NCBI GenBank assembly: GCA_944385895.1 | Contig: CALWYZ010000005.1 | Span: forward strand, 55,602 to 119,601 | Source: an uncultured Clostridia bacterium | Lineage (GTDB): Bacteria > Bacillota > Clostridia > Oscillospirales > QAKW01 | DNA: 64,000 bases | Reading direction: 5' to 3' | Part shown: in pieces, positions 10,189 to 21,412 of the stretch | Layout of the letters: each line of letters starts with the position of its first letter | Numbering within the stretch: position 1 is the first letter of the stretch | Notes under the pieces: model-generated | The model's input: only the letters and a program-made list of their open reading frames with translations | Database searches by the model: none | What the model was told of the DNA's origin: nothing | Made by a program: the position numbers and the translations under genes

Positions 10189-11345
10189 AGGCTGCCTATA
10201 AACTTTCTGAGTCTTCCAAGTGCCAGCTCGATATTTTCCACAGAATACGCATATGATATACGCAAAAAGCCTTCGCCGCTGCTTCCGAAAGCGCTTCCCG
10301 GCACGACCGCAAGCCTTTGCTCTCTCAAAAGCCTTTCACAAAACTCATCACTTGTAAGGCCAAAAGCAGATATATCGGGAAATATGTAAAACGCTCCAAA
10401 CGGCTCAAAACAGGAAAGTCCCATATCTCTAAGACCAGAGAGAATGAGTTTACGTCTGCTATCATATTCCTGACGCATGCTTTCAATATCACTATCGCCG
10501 TTTTTAAGAGCTTCCAGCGCCGCATACTGACTTGTTGTCGGAGCACTCATTATGCCGTACTGATGCACCAGCGTCATCTTTTTGATTACCGGGCGGGGAG
10601 CTGCCGCAATACCCAGTCTCCAGCCTGTCATGGAAAACGCTTTTGAAAACCCGTTTATTATTATGGTGCGCTCATGCATGCCGTCTATATTTGCTATACT
10701 CACATGCCTTGAACCATATGTGAGCTCTGCATATATCTCATCGGACAAAACCATTATATTCGTATCTTTAAGCACCTTTGCTATTGCGTTAAGATCACGT
10801 CTTGTCATAACTGCACCCGTTGGGTTATTTGGATACGGAAGTATGAGGAGCTTGGTTCTGGGAGTAATTGCTTTTTTAAGAGCCGCCGCCGTCAGTTTGA
10901 AATCATCCTCTTTTTTTGTCACTATCGGCACAGGGACTCCGCCTGCAAGAACGGTTATCGGAGAATAACACACAAAGGACGGTTCCGGAACAAGCACCTC
11001 GTCTCCCGGATTCACAAGAGTGCGTATGGCAAGGTCTATCGCCTCGCTGCCGCCTACGGTTATCAGTATTTCGTCATCCGAGTAATCAAGACCGAATCTG
11101 CGATGTAAATAATGGCATGTCTGCTCCCTGAGTTCTCTCATGCCGGAGTTGGCGGTATATTTTGTGCGGCCGTGTTCAAGTGATTCTATCCCGGCTTCTC
11201 TTATATGCCACGGCGTCTGAAAATCAGGTTCTCCTATCGAAAGAGACAAAACGTCGTCAAATTCCGCGGCTATATCAAAAAACTTACGTATACCGGACGG
11301 TTTTATGGTTTTTACTTTATCGGAAAACAGATTGTCGTAATTCAT
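10185..11345 (-). CDS. Class I/II PLP-dependent aminotransferase (AlaT/AspC-like)
   Basis: 386 aa with SGIRKFFD and PLP-lysine motif GFSKAFSMTGWRLG. 4-nt overlap with ispE and 1-nt overlap with the AsnC gene. Pairing with an Lrp/AsnC regulator resembles B. subtilis alaR-alaT (recollection). Confidence 0.85.
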   Translation of the reverse strand: MNYDNLFSDKVKTIKPSGIRKFFDIAAEFDDVLSLSIGEPDFQTPWHIREAGIESLEHGRTKYTANSGMRELREQTCHYLHRRFGLDYSDDEILITVGGSEAIDLAIRTLVNPGDEVLVPEPSFVCYSPITVLAGGVPVPIVTKKEDDFKLTAAALKKAITPRTKLLILPYPNNPTGAVMTRRDLNAIAKVLKDTNIMVLSDEIYAELTYGSRHVSIANIDGMHERTIIINGFSKAFSMTGWRLGIAAAPRPVIKKMTLVHQYGIMSAPTTSQYAALEALKNGDSDIESMRQEYDSRRKLILSGLRDMGLSCFEPFGAFYIFPDISAFGLTSDEFCERLLREQRLAVVPGSAFGSSGEGFLRISYAYSVENIELALGRLRKFIGSL

Positions 11346-11830
11346 TATATATTATATAAGCCGCGCATGTCCTCTTCAGACACATCATAGCTTATTCCCT
11401 TATCCTTATATTTTTTCAGCACAAAATGAGTCGCCGTTGAAAGGACCCCGTCCATGGGAGCCAGTTTCTGGGAAACAAACAGTGCCACTTCGGTAAGAGT
11501 CCTGCCTTCAATTGAAAGAAGAATATCATACGCACCTGACATCAGATTAACGCTTTTAACCTGCGGATATTTTGAAATGCGTCTTGCCACCTTGTCAAAA
11601 CCCTCGCCGCGAATGGGAGAAATTTTAAGCTCGATCATGGCTGTTATATAGTCTCGGTTTGTCTTGTCCCAGTCGACCATAGCATTATATCCGACTATGA
11701 CTTTTTGTTCTTCCAGCTTTTTTATCTGCGCGTTGATTTCCTGCACGCTGCATCTGAGCTGAGAGGCAAGCATGCTTCTGTCCGCATACGCGTCTTTTTC
11801 AAGAGCTGCCAACAGTTTTTTCTCGTTCAT
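11345..11830 (-). CDS. Lrp/AsnC family transcriptional regulator
   Basis: HTH plus RAM-domain-like sequence (…LLAALEKDAYADRSMLASQLRCSVQEINAQIKKLEEQKVIVGYNAMVDWDK…). Start chosen at ATG 11830 (AAGGAG upstream); the ORF-track start 11857 has no RBS. Confidence 0.8.
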   Translation of the reverse strand: MNEKKLLAALEKDAYADRSMLASQLRCSVQEINAQIKKLEEQKVIVGYNAMVDWDKTNRDYITAMIELKISPIRGEGFDKVARRISKYPQVKSVNLMSGAYDILLSIEGRTLTEVALFVSQKLAPMDGVLSTATHFVLKKYKDKGISYDVSEEDMRGLYNI

Positions 11831-11921
11831 TTGCCCGTTTTCTCCTTCTGAATTCATGAAAATGTATATTTAATATATTTTAACATAATTTAAAAAAGTT
11901 TCAATAAAAAATAAAAAAATA

Positions 11922-11949
11922 TTGATTTTTATTGAAATGGTGATAAAAT
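11922..11949 (+). promoter_or_regulatory. Sigma-A-type promoter candidate for the ACT/DUF711/V-ATPase unit
   Basis: TTGATT, 16 nt, TGaTAAAAT (extended -10), about 40 nt upstream of the ACT gene start. Confidence 0.45.
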
Positions 11950-11988
11950 GTGTTACAAATAAGGCAAAGAATTATGACAGGAGTAGTT

Positions 11989-12258
11989 ATGAGACTAGTA
12001 ATAACAGTAGTTGGAAAAGACCGTGTGGGAATCGTTTCGGACATAGCCTCTATATGCAAAGATTTAAACGTCAATATTATGGACATAACTCAGAAAGTAT
12101 TTGACGATATGTTTGCAATGGTTATGCTTGCCCAGATGACCGAAAAAAGCGCACCGTTTGAGGAAATAGAGGACAAACTTGACAAGTGCGGACAAAAAGC
12201 CGGACTTAAAATTCATACCATGCACGAGGATATTTTTAACTCGATGCACAAAATATAA
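11989..12258 (+). CDS. ACT domain protein (UPF0237 family)
   Basis: [38 protein letters not shown]... is a typical ACT fold sequence. Start at ATG 11989 with RBS ACAGGAG. Conserved pairing with the following UPF0210 gene. Confidence 0.8.
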   Translation: MRLVITVVGKDRVGIVSDIASICKDLNVNIMDITQKVFDDMFAMVMLAQMTEKSAPFEEIEDKLDKCGQKAGLKIHTMHEDIFNSMHKI

Positions 12259-12268
12259 GGGGTTAATC

Positions 12269-13627
12269 ATGGTTGAAATCAATGATATTCTTGAAACTAT
12301 AAGTATGATAGACAATCAGCATCTGGATATCCGCACGGTGACAATGGGCATTTCACTGTTCGACTGCGTGTCAGAGGATATCGGACGCCTGTGCGATAAT
12401 ATTTATGATAAGATAACCCGGCTTGCAGGTGATCTTGTAAAAACGGGTGAGGATATTTCAAGGCAGTACGGCATACCGATCATCCATAAGCGTGTTTCCG
12501 TCACTCCCATATCTCTTGTTGCGCGCAGTATGGATCCTGACAGCATGGTTAGGATTGCCAAAACTCTCGATCTTGCTGCAAGTGCATGCGGCATAAACTT
12601 TATAGGCGGATACAGTGCGCTTGTGCACAAGGGAATGACAGTCGGCGAGCGCAATCTGATCGAATCTATACCGCAGGCTTTGACTGAAACAAAAAACGTT
12701 TGCTCCTCAGTAAACGTTGCCACTACAAAAGCGGGAATTAATTTGGATGCAATAGCCATGATGGGCAATATTATAAAAAAGACAGCTTATCTGACGCGTC
12801 AGGACGGTTCTATCGGTTGTGCAAAGCTTGTCGTGTTCGCAAACGTACCTGAGGATAACCCGTTTATGGCGGGAGCTTTCCACGGCGTCGGCGAAGGTGA
12901 CTGTGCTATAAACGTAGGAGTATCCGGACCGGGAGTTGTCAGTCATGCACTGAAAAAGGCCCCCGACGCCAACATAACAGAGATTGCAGACATTATAAAG
13001 AAAACAGCTTTTAAAATAACAAGAATGGGTCAGCTTGTCGCGGCACAGGCATCCAAACGGCTTGGTGTACCGTTCGGTATTGTCGATCTTTCCCTGGCGC
13101 CCACACCTGCAATAGGCGATTCCGTAGCGCATATACTTGAGGAAATGGGTCTTGAAAAATGCGGGACGCACGGAACTACCGCATGTCTTGCACTGCTAAA
13201 TGATGCCGTTAAAAAAGGCGGAGCGATGGCTTCCTCACACGTCGGAGGACTTTCCGGCGCGTTTATCCCGGTATCAGAGGACGCAGGCATGATCGACGCC
13301 GCAAAGTGCTCGGTACTTACACTTGACAAGCTTGAGGCTATGACAGCGGTATGTTCTGTCGGTCTGGATATGATCGCTGTTCCGGGAGATACTCCCGCCT
13401 CGACTATTTCAGCGATCATTGCGGACGAAATAAGCATCGGTGTCATCAACAATAAAACAACAGCCGTAAGGCTTATCCCGGCTTACGGTAAAAATGTCGG
13501 TGATGAGGTGTCGTTCGGAGGGCTGCTGGGCAGCGCTCCCGTCATGCCGGTACACGATCAGAGCTCTGAAAAATTCATATCTCGAGGCGGCAGAATACCG
13601 GCACCGCAAAATGCACTAAGAAATTAG
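12269..13627 (+). CDS. UPF0210 / DUF711 family protein (PFL-like)
   Basis: 452 aa from ATG 12269 (RBS AAGGGG), [30 protein letters not shown]...; the ORF-track N-terminal extension overlaps the ACT gene and is unlikely. Confidence 0.8.
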   Translation: MVEINDILETISMIDNQHLDIRTVTMGISLFDCVSEDIGRLCDNIYDKITRLAGDLVKTGEDISRQYGIPIIHKRVSVTPISLVARSMDPDSMVRIAKTLDLAASACGINFIGGYSALVHKGMTVGERNLIESIPQALTETKNVCSSVNVATTKAGINLDAIAMMGNIIKKTAYLTRQDGSIGCAKLVVFANVPEDNPFMAGAFHGVGEGDCAINVGVSGPGVVSHALKKAPDANITEIADIIKKTAFKITRMGQLVAAQASKRLGVPFGIVDLSLAPTPAIGDSVAHILEEMGLEKCGTHGTTACLALLNDAVKKGGAMASSHVGGLSGAFIPVSEDAGMIDAAKCSVLTLDKLEAMTAVCSVGLDMIAVPGDTPASTISAIIADEISIGVINNKTTAVRLIPAYGKNVGDEVSFGGLLGSAPVMPVHDQSSEKFISRGGRIPAPQNALRN

Positions 13628-13637
13628 GTGAAAAGTA

Positions 13638-13949
13638 ATGGAAAAAATACTCAAGATCGCGCTGGACGCAGAACAGAAGGCTCAGAATATCATCGCCCAG
13701 GCGATGAAAGAAAAAGCGGTCTGCGATCAGAATATTGCAAACGCTGACAACATCAAGGATGAGTATATAGAAATCGCAAAATCTCATATCCGCGAGTTTG
13801 AAGAAAGCGAAAAGCTGAACACCCAAACTCAATGCGAGGAGTTGGACAGACAGCTTGAACAGAATATACAGAAGCTTGAACAGCTTTATAACACCCACGG
13901 CGGACAATGGGTAGATGAAATGTACCGTCAGATAACGGAAAAACTATGA
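13638..13949 (+). CDS. V/A-type ATPase-associated coiled-coil protein (peripheral-stalk G/H-like)
   Basis: 103 aa, charged and heptad-like (…AEQKAQNIIAQAMKEKA…). First gene of the ATPase cluster, 10 nt after the DUF711 stop with RBS AGGTGA. Confidence 0.55.
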   Translation: MEKILKIALDAEQKAQNIIAQAMKEKAVCDQNIANADNIKDEYIEIAKSHIREFEESEKLNTQTQCEELDRQLEQNIQKLEQLYNTHGGQWVDEMYRQITEKL

Positions 13950-14977
13950 ACTATGCAGTAATTACAAAAGCTAAGGCAATGTACGGGAAGCGTCTGAAGG
14001 ATTCAGACATCAACATGCTTTGCGATTGCCGTTCGGTGGAGGACTGCGCCGCGTTTCTGCGCTCGCATCCGGCTTACACAAAAGCATTTGAAGGCACGGA
14101 ACTTAGAGGTATCCGCCTTTCAAGAATAGAAATGCTTCTAAAAAGAGAGTACTGTCTTGAGTTTGAGCGTCTGATAAAAGGTATGTCAGAAAAAGAACGG
14201 AAGCTAACACAGATGTTTATCGGCACATATGAGCTTGACCTTATAATGTGGGCACTGAGAAATACGGGACTTGATGCTGAGCAAAAAGCTCCCCTGCCGC
14301 CTCTGTACGTTCCGCTTATACGCAAATACTCAAAAACTGACTTTGATCTTCTTATCAACTCCCGCACCAGACAGCAGGTGGCTCAGGCTCTTAACGGACA
14401 TTACAGAAATATAGTAGAAAAATCAGTATCAGATGACGGAGAAACCGATTATTTTACAACAGAAAACGAGCTGTGGAAAGCGTTTTATGCAAGTCTTTCC
14501 GAGTATATAGAAAAAAACTTCAAAAAAGACGACGCTGCCTCCATGTTCGGCACCTGTGTGGATTTATATAATATCATGCGAATTTTCAGGCTGAAAGAAT
14601 ATTTCGGCTTTTTGGCTGATCAAATAAGCCCGTTCATAATCAGACCGCTGTACAAGATGAATGATGATACCGTTTCAAAGCTCTGCACCTCCAGCGGCAT
14701 AAGGGAATTTGTCTCAATACTGAAAAAAACGCATTACAAACAGCTGTGCAATATAAAAAACGGCGAACAGTTAGAGTCGCTCTGCAATGAAATAATGGTT
14801 AAAAAAGCATCTAAGCTTTTGCATTTTTCCACCAGTGCACCGGCTGTAATTTATGCATATCTTATTTATAAAAGTCATGAAATAGACAAAATAAAAACCG
14901 TAATTGAATCGGTACGATATAATTTAAGCAGGGAGATGATAGAGAGTTATGTCGGTACAAAAGCTAAAACTAATTAG
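13946..14977 (+). CDS. atpC: V-type ATPase subunit C (V0 d homologue)
   Basis: 343 aa; position and size in the V-ATPase operon; 4-nt overlap with the preceding gene. Confidence 0.8.
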   Translation: MNYAVITKAKAMYGKRLKDSDINMLCDCRSVEDCAAFLRSHPAYTKAFEGTELRGIRLSRIEMLLKREYCLEFERLIKGMSEKERKLTQMFIGTYELDLIMWALRNTGLDAEQKAPLPPLYVPLIRKYSKTDFDLLINSRTRQQVAQALNGHYRNIVEKSVSDDGETDYFTTENELWKAFYASLSEYIEKNFKKDDAASMFGTCVDLYNIMRIFRLKEYFGFLADQISPFIIRPLYKMNDDTVSKLCTSSGIREFVSILKKTHYKQLCNIKNGEQLESLCNEIMVKKASKLLHFSTSAPAVIYAYLIYKSHEIDKIKTVIESVRYNLSREMIESYVGTKAKTN

Positions 14978-16838
14978 TCTCATTGGTCCTGTTGAGAGAT
15001 TTGACGACATTGCAAAGTGTTGTCTGACATCAGAATGTTTTCAGCCGATACGCGCGACAAAATTGACTACAGGCGTCAAAAATCTGCTTCCGTTTGAGAC
15101 AGGTAATCCATACTCTGAACTGCTGGACGAGATAATATCGGTAATGGATCTTGCCGGTATTCCCAAGGAGCAGGTACAGATAACAGACTATAACCCCGAT
15201 ATAGACCAGCAATCCGCCAGGATCGATGCATTTTCTGCAAGGCTGAGTTCTCTCACCGAAAAGATTTCAAACATAGAAAAAGAGATTTCAGAAAACGAGT
15301 ATTCCATAAAGCAATTAAAACCTCTTATAGAGCTGGACGTTGAGTTTGACCGTCTTTTTTCAATGCAGTATGTAGATGTCAGATTTGGCAAAATGCCGCT
15401 TACATCATACAACAATATGATTTTCTTTGATTCGGATACTGCTCTGAGCTTTGTTCCGCTCAACAGCGACAAGGAATATATTTGGGGCATAGTCCTGACA
15501 CCCGCAAGCCAGAAGGCAAAAGCGGACGCCATGCTGTCGTCGCTGTACTTTGAACGCATTTATATTTCGGACAAGATACACAATACGCCTCAGACGTCAT
15601 TACAGCAGCTGCAAGCAAAAAACCAGCAACTGAAAGAGCAGCTGTCCAGTCTTTTAAAATCAAGAAGCGATATTACGACTCTGAATCAGAGCGATCTTGT
15701 AAAAGCATATTCAAAATACAGCTTTCTGTCAAAATGCCATGATCTGAGACAGTTTGCTTTGAGAAGCAGCAATGAATTTTATTTATCCGGCTGGATCCCG
15801 GAAAGGGCTTTGCCTAAGTTCAAAAAATATATTTCGGACTATTATGACATAAACCTGATAATCGAAGATCCAAAAGAGGTGAGATTTGAAACTCCCCCCA
15901 CACGCATCAGAAACCCTTGGGGAATACGCTTCTTTGAAATGTTTACCGAGATGTACGGACTGCCGGGATACAACGAACTCGATCCGACTTTCCTTGTAGC
16001 TCTGACGTATACGATTTTCTTCGGAATAATGTTCGGAGATGTTGGACAGGGACTTGTCCTTATGCTTGGCGGCATACTGGCATGGAAGCTTAAAAAGATG
16101 AAGCTGGGAAGAATTATAGCCGTAATCGGTTTATCCAGTGCGGTATGCGGACTGTTTTACGGCAGTGTTTTCGGGAATGAAGAGCTTATCCCGGGATTTT
16201 CCGTTCTCCACGGCAGCAATACTTTATTTATTCTGCTGTTTGCCGCAGGTTTCGGAGTGGTTTTGATCGGAGTGGCAATGATACTCAATATAATTAACGG
16301 CATACGCCAACATGATCCGCACAAGTTTTTATTTTCCCCAAACGGCATATGCGGCTTTGTATTCTTCTTCGGAAATATCGCAGCTGCACTGCTGACACTG
16401 CTTACGGATATACGCTTATACAGTCCCATTTACATCATACTGACAACAGTGATACCGCTGCTTCTTGTCTTTCTCGGCACTCCGCTTACAAAGCTTTTGC
16501 TGAGAAAAGAAGGCGCGTTCAGGCAAAAATGGGGCGAGTATATCACGGAAAACCTGTTTGAGCTTTTTGAAGTCATGCTCTCTTTTCTTTCAAACGTTAT
16601 TTCATATGTCCGTATCGGCGCTTTTGCCGTCAGCCACGCGGGCATGATGCTTGTCGTTACATCAATGGCTGCGATGTTAGGCGGCGCAGGGGAAATTGCC
16701 GTTCTTATATTCGGAAATATTTTTGTTATATGTCTGGAAGGGCTTATCGTCGGCATTCAGTGTCTCAGATTGCAGTTTTATGAATTCTTTTCAAGGTTCT
16801 ATGCAGGAGACGGTCAGCCGTTTAAACCTTTCAGTTAA
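14949..16838 (+). CDS. atpI: V-type ATPase subunit I (a subunit, membrane stator)
   Basis: 629 aa: N-terminal cytoplasmic coiled region plus C-terminal multi-TM domain (…RIGAFAVSHAGMMLV…LRLQFYEFFSRFY). Confidence 0.9.
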   Translation: MSVQKLKLISLIGPVERFDDIAKCCLTSECFQPIRATKLTTGVKNLLPFETGNPYSELLDEIISVMDLAGIPKEQVQITDYNPDIDQQSARIDAFSARLSSLTEKISNIEKEISENEYSIKQLKPLIELDVEFDRLFSMQYVDVRFGKMPLTSYNNMIFFDSDTALSFVPLNSDKEYIWGIVLTPASQKAKADAMLSSLYFERIYISDKIHNTPQTSLQQLQAKNQQLKEQLSSLLKSRSDITTLNQSDLVKAYSKYSFLSKCHDLRQFALRSSNEFYLSGWIPERALPKFKKYISDYYDINLIIEDPKEVRFETPPTRIRNPWGIRFFEMFTEMYGLPGYNELDPTFLVALTYTIFFGIMFGDVGQGLVLMLGGILAWKLKKMKLGRIIAVIGLSSAVCGLFYGSVFGNEELIPGFSVLHGSNTLFILLFAAGFGVVLIGVAMILNIINGIRQHDPHKFLFSPNGICGFVFFFGNIAAALLTLLTDIRLYSPIYIILTTVIPLLLVFLGTPLTKLLLRKEGAFRQKWGEYITENLFELFEVMLSFLSNVISYVRIGAFAVSHAGMMLVVTSMAAMLGGAGEIAVLIFGNIFVICLEGLIVGIQCLRLQFYEFFSRFYAGDGQPFKPFS

Positions 16839-16876
16839 TTTTAGCCGAGTTTACAGGCAGATTGGAGATTAAAATC

Positions 16877-17314
16877 ATGTTTTACGCAATTTTAGCTGTT
16901 TCAGTCTTATTCATACTTATACTTTCACCTGTTTTTGCAGTATTTACAGGTAAAATTAAAGGCAAACGCGCCAAAAAACGTTTGACTTATAATCTGTGTG
17001 CTTTCGGAGCGGTCATGCTGGCAGGTATATTCATGCCTATTTTTGCCTTTGCTGCACCGGAGCAGACTGCTCAGACAGCAACTGCAGCTGCCGCGATAAC
17101 AGACGCGGCGATAAAAGCAGTGGCGGCAGCGGCAGCTGTCGGTCTTGCCGGCATCGGCGGCGGACTTGCCGTCGGACCCGCGGCATCGGCGGCCATAGGT
17201 GCCATGGCTGAGGATTCCTCGACTTTCGGTAAATCACTTATATTTGTTGCTCTTGGCGAAGGTATCGCGATTTACGGCCTTCTTGTTTCATTCCTTATTC
17301 TGTTTGTTCTTTAA
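16877..17314 (+). CDS. atpK: V-type ATPase proteolipid subunit K (c), atypical architecture
   Basis: C-terminal hairpin GLAGIGGGLAVGPAASAAIGA ... FVALGEGIAIYGLL with a conserved carboxylate. ATG 16877 has GGAG 9 nt upstream and is preferred to TTG 16862. Confidence 0.85.
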   Translation: MFYAILAVSVLFILILSPVFAVFTGKIKGKRAKKRLTYNLCAFGAVMLAGIFMPIFAFAAPEQTAQTATAAAAITDAAIKAVAAAAAVGLAGIGGGLAVGPAASAAIGAMAEDSSTFGKSLIFVALGEGIAIYGLLVSFLILFVL

Positions 17315-17318
17315 TACC

Positions 17319-17627
17319 ATGAAAATGTTTGTAATTTCAGACAACAGCGATACATGCGTCGGACTAAGGATGGCGGGAGTGGACGGCGTTGTAGTACACA
17401 CTGAAGCAGAGGTCAGAGCCGCTCTGGACCGGGTATTACAACAGGATGATATAGGAATTCTGCTTATAAACGGAGCTTTAACCCAACTGTGCAAAGATAA
17501 GATCGACGATATAAAGACAAACCGTACCCGTCCGCTGCTTGTGGAGATTCCTGACCGCCACGGTCACGGCCGCGATGAAAATGCTATAGCAGAATATATA
17601 CGTACCGCGGTCGGCATCAAGATTTAG
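17319..17627 (+). CDS. atpF: V-type ATPase subunit F
   Basis: 102 aa, MKMFVISDNSDTCVGLRMAGVDGVVV...; true start at ATG 17319, since the ORF-track extension overlaps atpK. Confidence 0.85.
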   Translation: MKMFVISDNSDTCVGLRMAGVDGVVVHTEAEVRAALDRVLQQDDIGILLINGALTQLCKDKIDDIKTNRTRPLLVEIPDRHGHGRDENAIAEYIRTAVGIKI

Positions 17628-17640
17628 AGGTGTTTTTTTC

Positions 17641-18249
17641 ATGCTTCAAAACGATATAAACAAAGCATATCAGACGGCATTGAACCTTGAACGTACCGTT
17701 ATTGAGGACGCCAAGAAAAAAGCCGAGAAAATCATAAGCGAGGCAAAGCTGGCCGAAAAAACGGCGATATCTGAAATTCAGGACAAGGCCCGCCGCGAAT
17801 CGGATCAGTTTGAACAGACCGGCTGCGCTGCCATACGCGCAAAATACAGTAATATCCTTACAGAACATATTTCAAACTGCAGGACCCAGCTGATTAAAAA
17901 ACGTAATCAGATACAAAACGCCGTATTTGAAAAGCTTGAACAAAAACTGCGTGATTTTACAGCATCAGACGATTACGCCGACTTTGCTAAAAGCTCACTC
18001 TTACGGCTGAAAAATAAACAACTTTCCGACAGCATCAAGATACTTGTCTCAGCTGTTGCGGCGGATGAAATTGCTGCCAGATCCTGTTTTCCCAATGCCG
18101 AAATAACAGTTTCAAATAGCATTGTACTGGGCGGCTTTATAGTCCAGGATATGGAAAATAATATAATGTATGATGTTACACTGGACAGCAGCTTTGATCT
18201 GAAAAAGTCGGACTTTCCCGAAATATCGGGTCTTAAAATTTCAGATTGA
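17641..18249 (+). CDS. atpE: V-type ATPase subunit E
   Basis: 202 aa with a long N-terminal charged helix then a globular C-terminus; operon position. Confidence 0.8.
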   Translation: MLQNDINKAYQTALNLERTVIEDAKKKAEKIISEAKLAEKTAISEIQDKARRESDQFEQTGCAAIRAKYSNILTEHISNCRTQLIKKRNQIQNAVFEKLEQKLRDFTASDDYADFAKSSLLRLKNKQLSDSIKILVSAVAADEIAARSCFPNAEITVSNSIVLGGFIVQDMENNIMYDVTLDSSFDLKKSDFPEISGLKISD

Positions 18250-18262
18250 GGAGTATTTTTAA

Positions 18263-20020
18263 ATGGATGTAATATACAGTATAAACGGTCCGGTCGTAAC
18301 CGTCAAAAACACAAAAAGCTTTGCTATGCTGGAGATGGTCTATGTCGGAAATATGCGCCTGATAGGCGAAGTCATCATGCTGTCTGACGACTGTACGACA
18401 ATCCAGGTATATGAAGATACAGCCGGGCTGTCTGTCGGTGAACCCGTAACAGGCAGCGGCGGACCTCTGTGTGCAGTTCTCGGTCCGGGCATTATCTCAA
18501 ACATATTTGACGGAATCGAACGCCCGCTCAAAGCTCTCAACGAAAAAAGCGGAGCTTTTCTTGACAGAGGCGTATCATGCGATAATCTTGATACACAGCG
18601 GCTGTGGGATGTTACAATGCTTATCAAGCAGGGGGATACCGTATATGCCGGACAGATTTTTGCGACAACTCCCGAAAACGAGGGTATAATCCATAAATCT
18701 ATGATTCCTCCCTCTATCAGCGGCACTGTCATACATGCCCAAGACAGCGGAAGCTATAATATCACCGACGTTCTTGCCGTGGTACGCGACAAAAACGGCA
18801 AGGAGTATGATATCTCACTGTCCCAGAAATGGCCTATCAAATATGCCCGCCCTTCCGGTCAAAGGTTGTCGGCTTGTCAGCCGCTTATCACCGGTCAGAG
18901 AGTTATAGACACGCTTTTCCCTATTGCCAAGGGCGGCGCCGCAGCAGTGCCGGGAAGCTTCGGCACAGGCAAAACCATGGTACAGCATCAGATAGCAAAA
19001 TGGAGCGACGCAGATATCATTGTATATATCGGCTGCGGCGAACGCGGAAACGAAATGACTCAGGTGCTGGAAGAATTTTCTCAGCTGCGTGACCCGAAAA
19101 CAGGCAGAGCACTCACAGAACGTACTGTTATGATTGCCAATACCTCAAACATGCCGGTTGCCGCGCGTGAGGCTTCAATATATACCGGAGTCACTCTTGC
19201 CGAGTATTATCGCGATATGGGTTACAATGTTGCAATTATGGCCGACTCGACATCAAGATGGGCAGAAGCTCTTCGTGAAATCTCAGGCAGGCTTGAAGAA
19301 ATGCCGGCAGAAGAAGGTTTCCCGTCATATCTGCCCTCACGGCTTTCTCAGTTCTATGAACGTGCAGGATACGTTAAGACTCTTTCCGGAGAAAACGGAA
19401 GCGTAACTATTATAGGCGCAGTTTCACCACAGGGCGGTGACTTCTCAGAGCCTGTCACTCAAAACACAAAACGCTTTATACGTTGTTTCTGGGCACTTGA
19501 CAGGGAGCTGGCTTATTCCCGCCATTATCCGGCAATAAACTGGATAACAAGCTACACAGAATATTTTGACGAACTTAAGGACTGGTACAATGCAAATGTC
19601 TGTTTGGATTTTGAAAAAACACGAGGCAGAATTATCAGTATCCTTCTCGAGGAAAACCGGCTCATGGAAATAGTTAAGCTTATCGGTGAGGATGTTTTGC
19701 CCGAGGATCAGAAGCTTATTATAATAACCGCCAAAATGATACGCCAGGGATTTTTGCAGCAAAATGCCATGCATGAAATAGACACGTATGTGCCGCTTGA
19801 AAAACAGTTTAAGATGATGAAACTTATACTCGATATCTATGACAGAGCAGTTTTGCTTGTAAAACAGGGCATACCTCTGTCGCGTATAAACCAGACGGGT
19901 ATTTTTGATACCGTTATGCGCGTCAAGTTTGAAATACGCAACGATCAACTATCAATGTTTGAGTCGCTGACATCAGAATTGATTTCAAAGCTTGACAGTT
20001 TAGAGGAAAGCTACAGGTAG
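18263..20020 (+). CDS. atpA: V-type ATPase catalytic subunit A
   Basis: 585 aa, Walker A GSFGTGKT, ...GCGERGNEM..., [16 protein letters not shown]. Confidence 0.97.
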   Translation: MDVIYSINGPVVTVKNTKSFAMLEMVYVGNMRLIGEVIMLSDDCTTIQVYEDTAGLSVGEPVTGSGGPLCAVLGPGIISNIFDGIERPLKALNEKSGAFLDRGVSCDNLDTQRLWDVTMLIKQGDTVYAGQIFATTPENEGIIHKSMIPPSISGTVIHAQDSGSYNITDVLAVVRDKNGKEYDISLSQKWPIKYARPSGQRLSACQPLITGQRVIDTLFPIAKGGAAAVPGSFGTGKTMVQHQIAKWSDADIIVYIGCGERGNEMTQVLEEFSQLRDPKTGRALTERTVMIANTSNMPVAAREASIYTGVTLAEYYRDMGYNVAIMADSTSRWAEALREISGRLEEMPAEEGFPSYLPSRLSQFYERAGYVKTLSGENGSVTIIGAVSPQGGDFSEPVTQNTKRFIRCFWALDRELAYSRHYPAINWITSYTEYFDELKDWYNANVCLDFEKTRGRIISILLEENRLMEIVKLIGEDVLPEDQKLIIITAKMIRQGFLQQNAMHEIDTYVPLEKQFKMMKLILDIYDRAVLLVKQGIPLSRINQTGIFDTVMRVKFEIRNDQLSMFESLTSELISKLDSLEESYR

Positions 20021-20025
20021 ACATA

Positions 20026-21411
20026 ATGAGAATACAATATCTCGGAATAAAGGAAATAAACGGTCCGCTTATCGTTATCGACGGTGTCAAGGACGCGCAC
20101 TTTGACGAAATGGCAGACATTGTGCTGGAAAACGGAGAGGTCCGTCACGGAAGAATCATACGTATCGACGGTCAGCGGGCGGTAATACAGGTATTTGAAG
20201 GCACAAACGACATGTCACTATCCGGCAGTCGTACCTCTTTTACAGGCAAGCCTATGCAGATCGATCTGTCGGAAGAGATACTCGGACGGGTATTCGACGG
20301 CGCCGGACGTCCTATTGACGGACTGGGACCCGTTTACGCAGAAAAAAAGGCGGATATAAACGGTGCTGCCATAAATCCGGTGGCGCGCAAGTACCCAAAC
20401 GATTTCATCTGTACCGGTATTTCGTCAATAGATATGCTCATGACGCTCATACGCGGTCAGAAACTTCCGATTTTCAGCGGCTCTGGAATCCCTCATGACA
20501 AGCTTGCCGTTCAAATAGCTACAGGCGCCGGACTTAAAGGCGGAAAACAAAATGATTTTGCCATTGTATTTGCGGCAATGGGAGTCAAAAACGATGTCGC
20601 CGATTTCTTCAGGCGTGAATTTAAAGCATCAAATTCCGGATCGGATATTGTAATGTTTTTAAACCTTGCAAACGATCCGATAATCGAACGTATTGTCACG
20701 CCGCGCTGCGCGTTGACCGCAGCGGAATACCTGGCATTTGAGAAAAACAAGCAAGTGCTTGTTATCATGACCGATATATCTGCATACGCTGAGGCATTGC
20801 GTGAGCTATCAGCTTCCAAAGGTGAAATCCCTGCAAGAAAAGGATTCCCCGGATACCTGTATTCGGATTTTGCATCTCTTTATGAGAGAGCGGGTATGAT
20901 AAAGGGCAAAGACGGATCTGTGACTCTTATTCCTATTCTTACCATGCCCAATGATGATATCACACACCCTATCCCCGACCTTACAGGATACATTACAGAA
21001 GGTCAAATAGTTCTGGACAGAACACTGTCACAAAACGGAATTTATCCGCCTGTTTCAGTGCTGCCGTCGCTTTCGCGTCTTATGAAAGACGGTATTGGAA
21101 AGGGCTTTACACGCGAGGATCACGCAGCCTTATCTGATCAGCTGTTTGCGGCATATGCAAAGGTTGCAGACGCCAGGTCTCTGGCATCTGTAATCGGCGA
21201 GGAAGAACTCTCCGATACAGACAAGGCTTACATTGAATTTGGCCGCAAATTTGAGGAAAAATTCATAAATCAGCCCTCTGGCGAACACCGCACAATTGAA
21301 CAGACACTGGATCTGGGCTGGCAGCTTTTAACTCTGCTGCCGCGCACCGAGCTGTCGCGCGTCAGCGATCAGCTTATAACGAAATACCTGCCGGAAAAGG
21401 TGATGGAATAA
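20026..21411 (+). CDS. atpB: V-type ATPase subunit B
   Basis: 461 aa, ...[25 protein letters not shown]... Confidence 0.97.
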   Translation: MRIQYLGIKEINGPLIVIDGVKDAHFDEMADIVLENGEVRHGRIIRIDGQRAVIQVFEGTNDMSLSGSRTSFTGKPMQIDLSEEILGRVFDGAGRPIDGLGPVYAEKKADINGAAINPVARKYPNDFICTGISSIDMLMTLIRGQKLPIFSGSGIPHDKLAVQIATGAGLKGGKQNDFAIVFAAMGVKNDVADFFRREFKASNSGSDIVMFLNLANDPIIERIVTPRCALTAAEYLAFEKNKQVLVIMTDISAYAEALRELSASKGEIPARKGFPGYLYSDFASLYERAGMIKGKDGSVTLIPILTMPNDDITHPIPDLTGYITEGQIVLDRTLSQNGIYPPVSVLPSLSRLMKDGIGKGFTREDHAALSDQLFAAYAKVADARSLASVIGEEELSDTDKAYIEFGRKFEEKFINQPSGEHRTIEQTLDLGWQLLTLLPRTELSRVSDQLITKYLPEKVME

Positions 21412-21412
21412 T

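Noticed and set aside
16862-16876. TTG start for atpK, TTG start for hrcA (55194), TTG start for the lipoprotein (25361) and long N-terminal extensions of DUF711, atpF, dnaJ, dnaK, spoIIR, abrB-like and AraC ORFs
   Set aside because: In each case a downstream ATG has a proper Shine-Dalgarno sequence and matches the conserved family N-terminus. The extensions overlap upstream genes or regulatory sites.
16996-17237. Arg/Cys-rich ORFs overlapping atpK on both strands
   Set aside because: They are alternative-frame readings of the GC-rich Ala/Gly codon run of the proteolipid gene.
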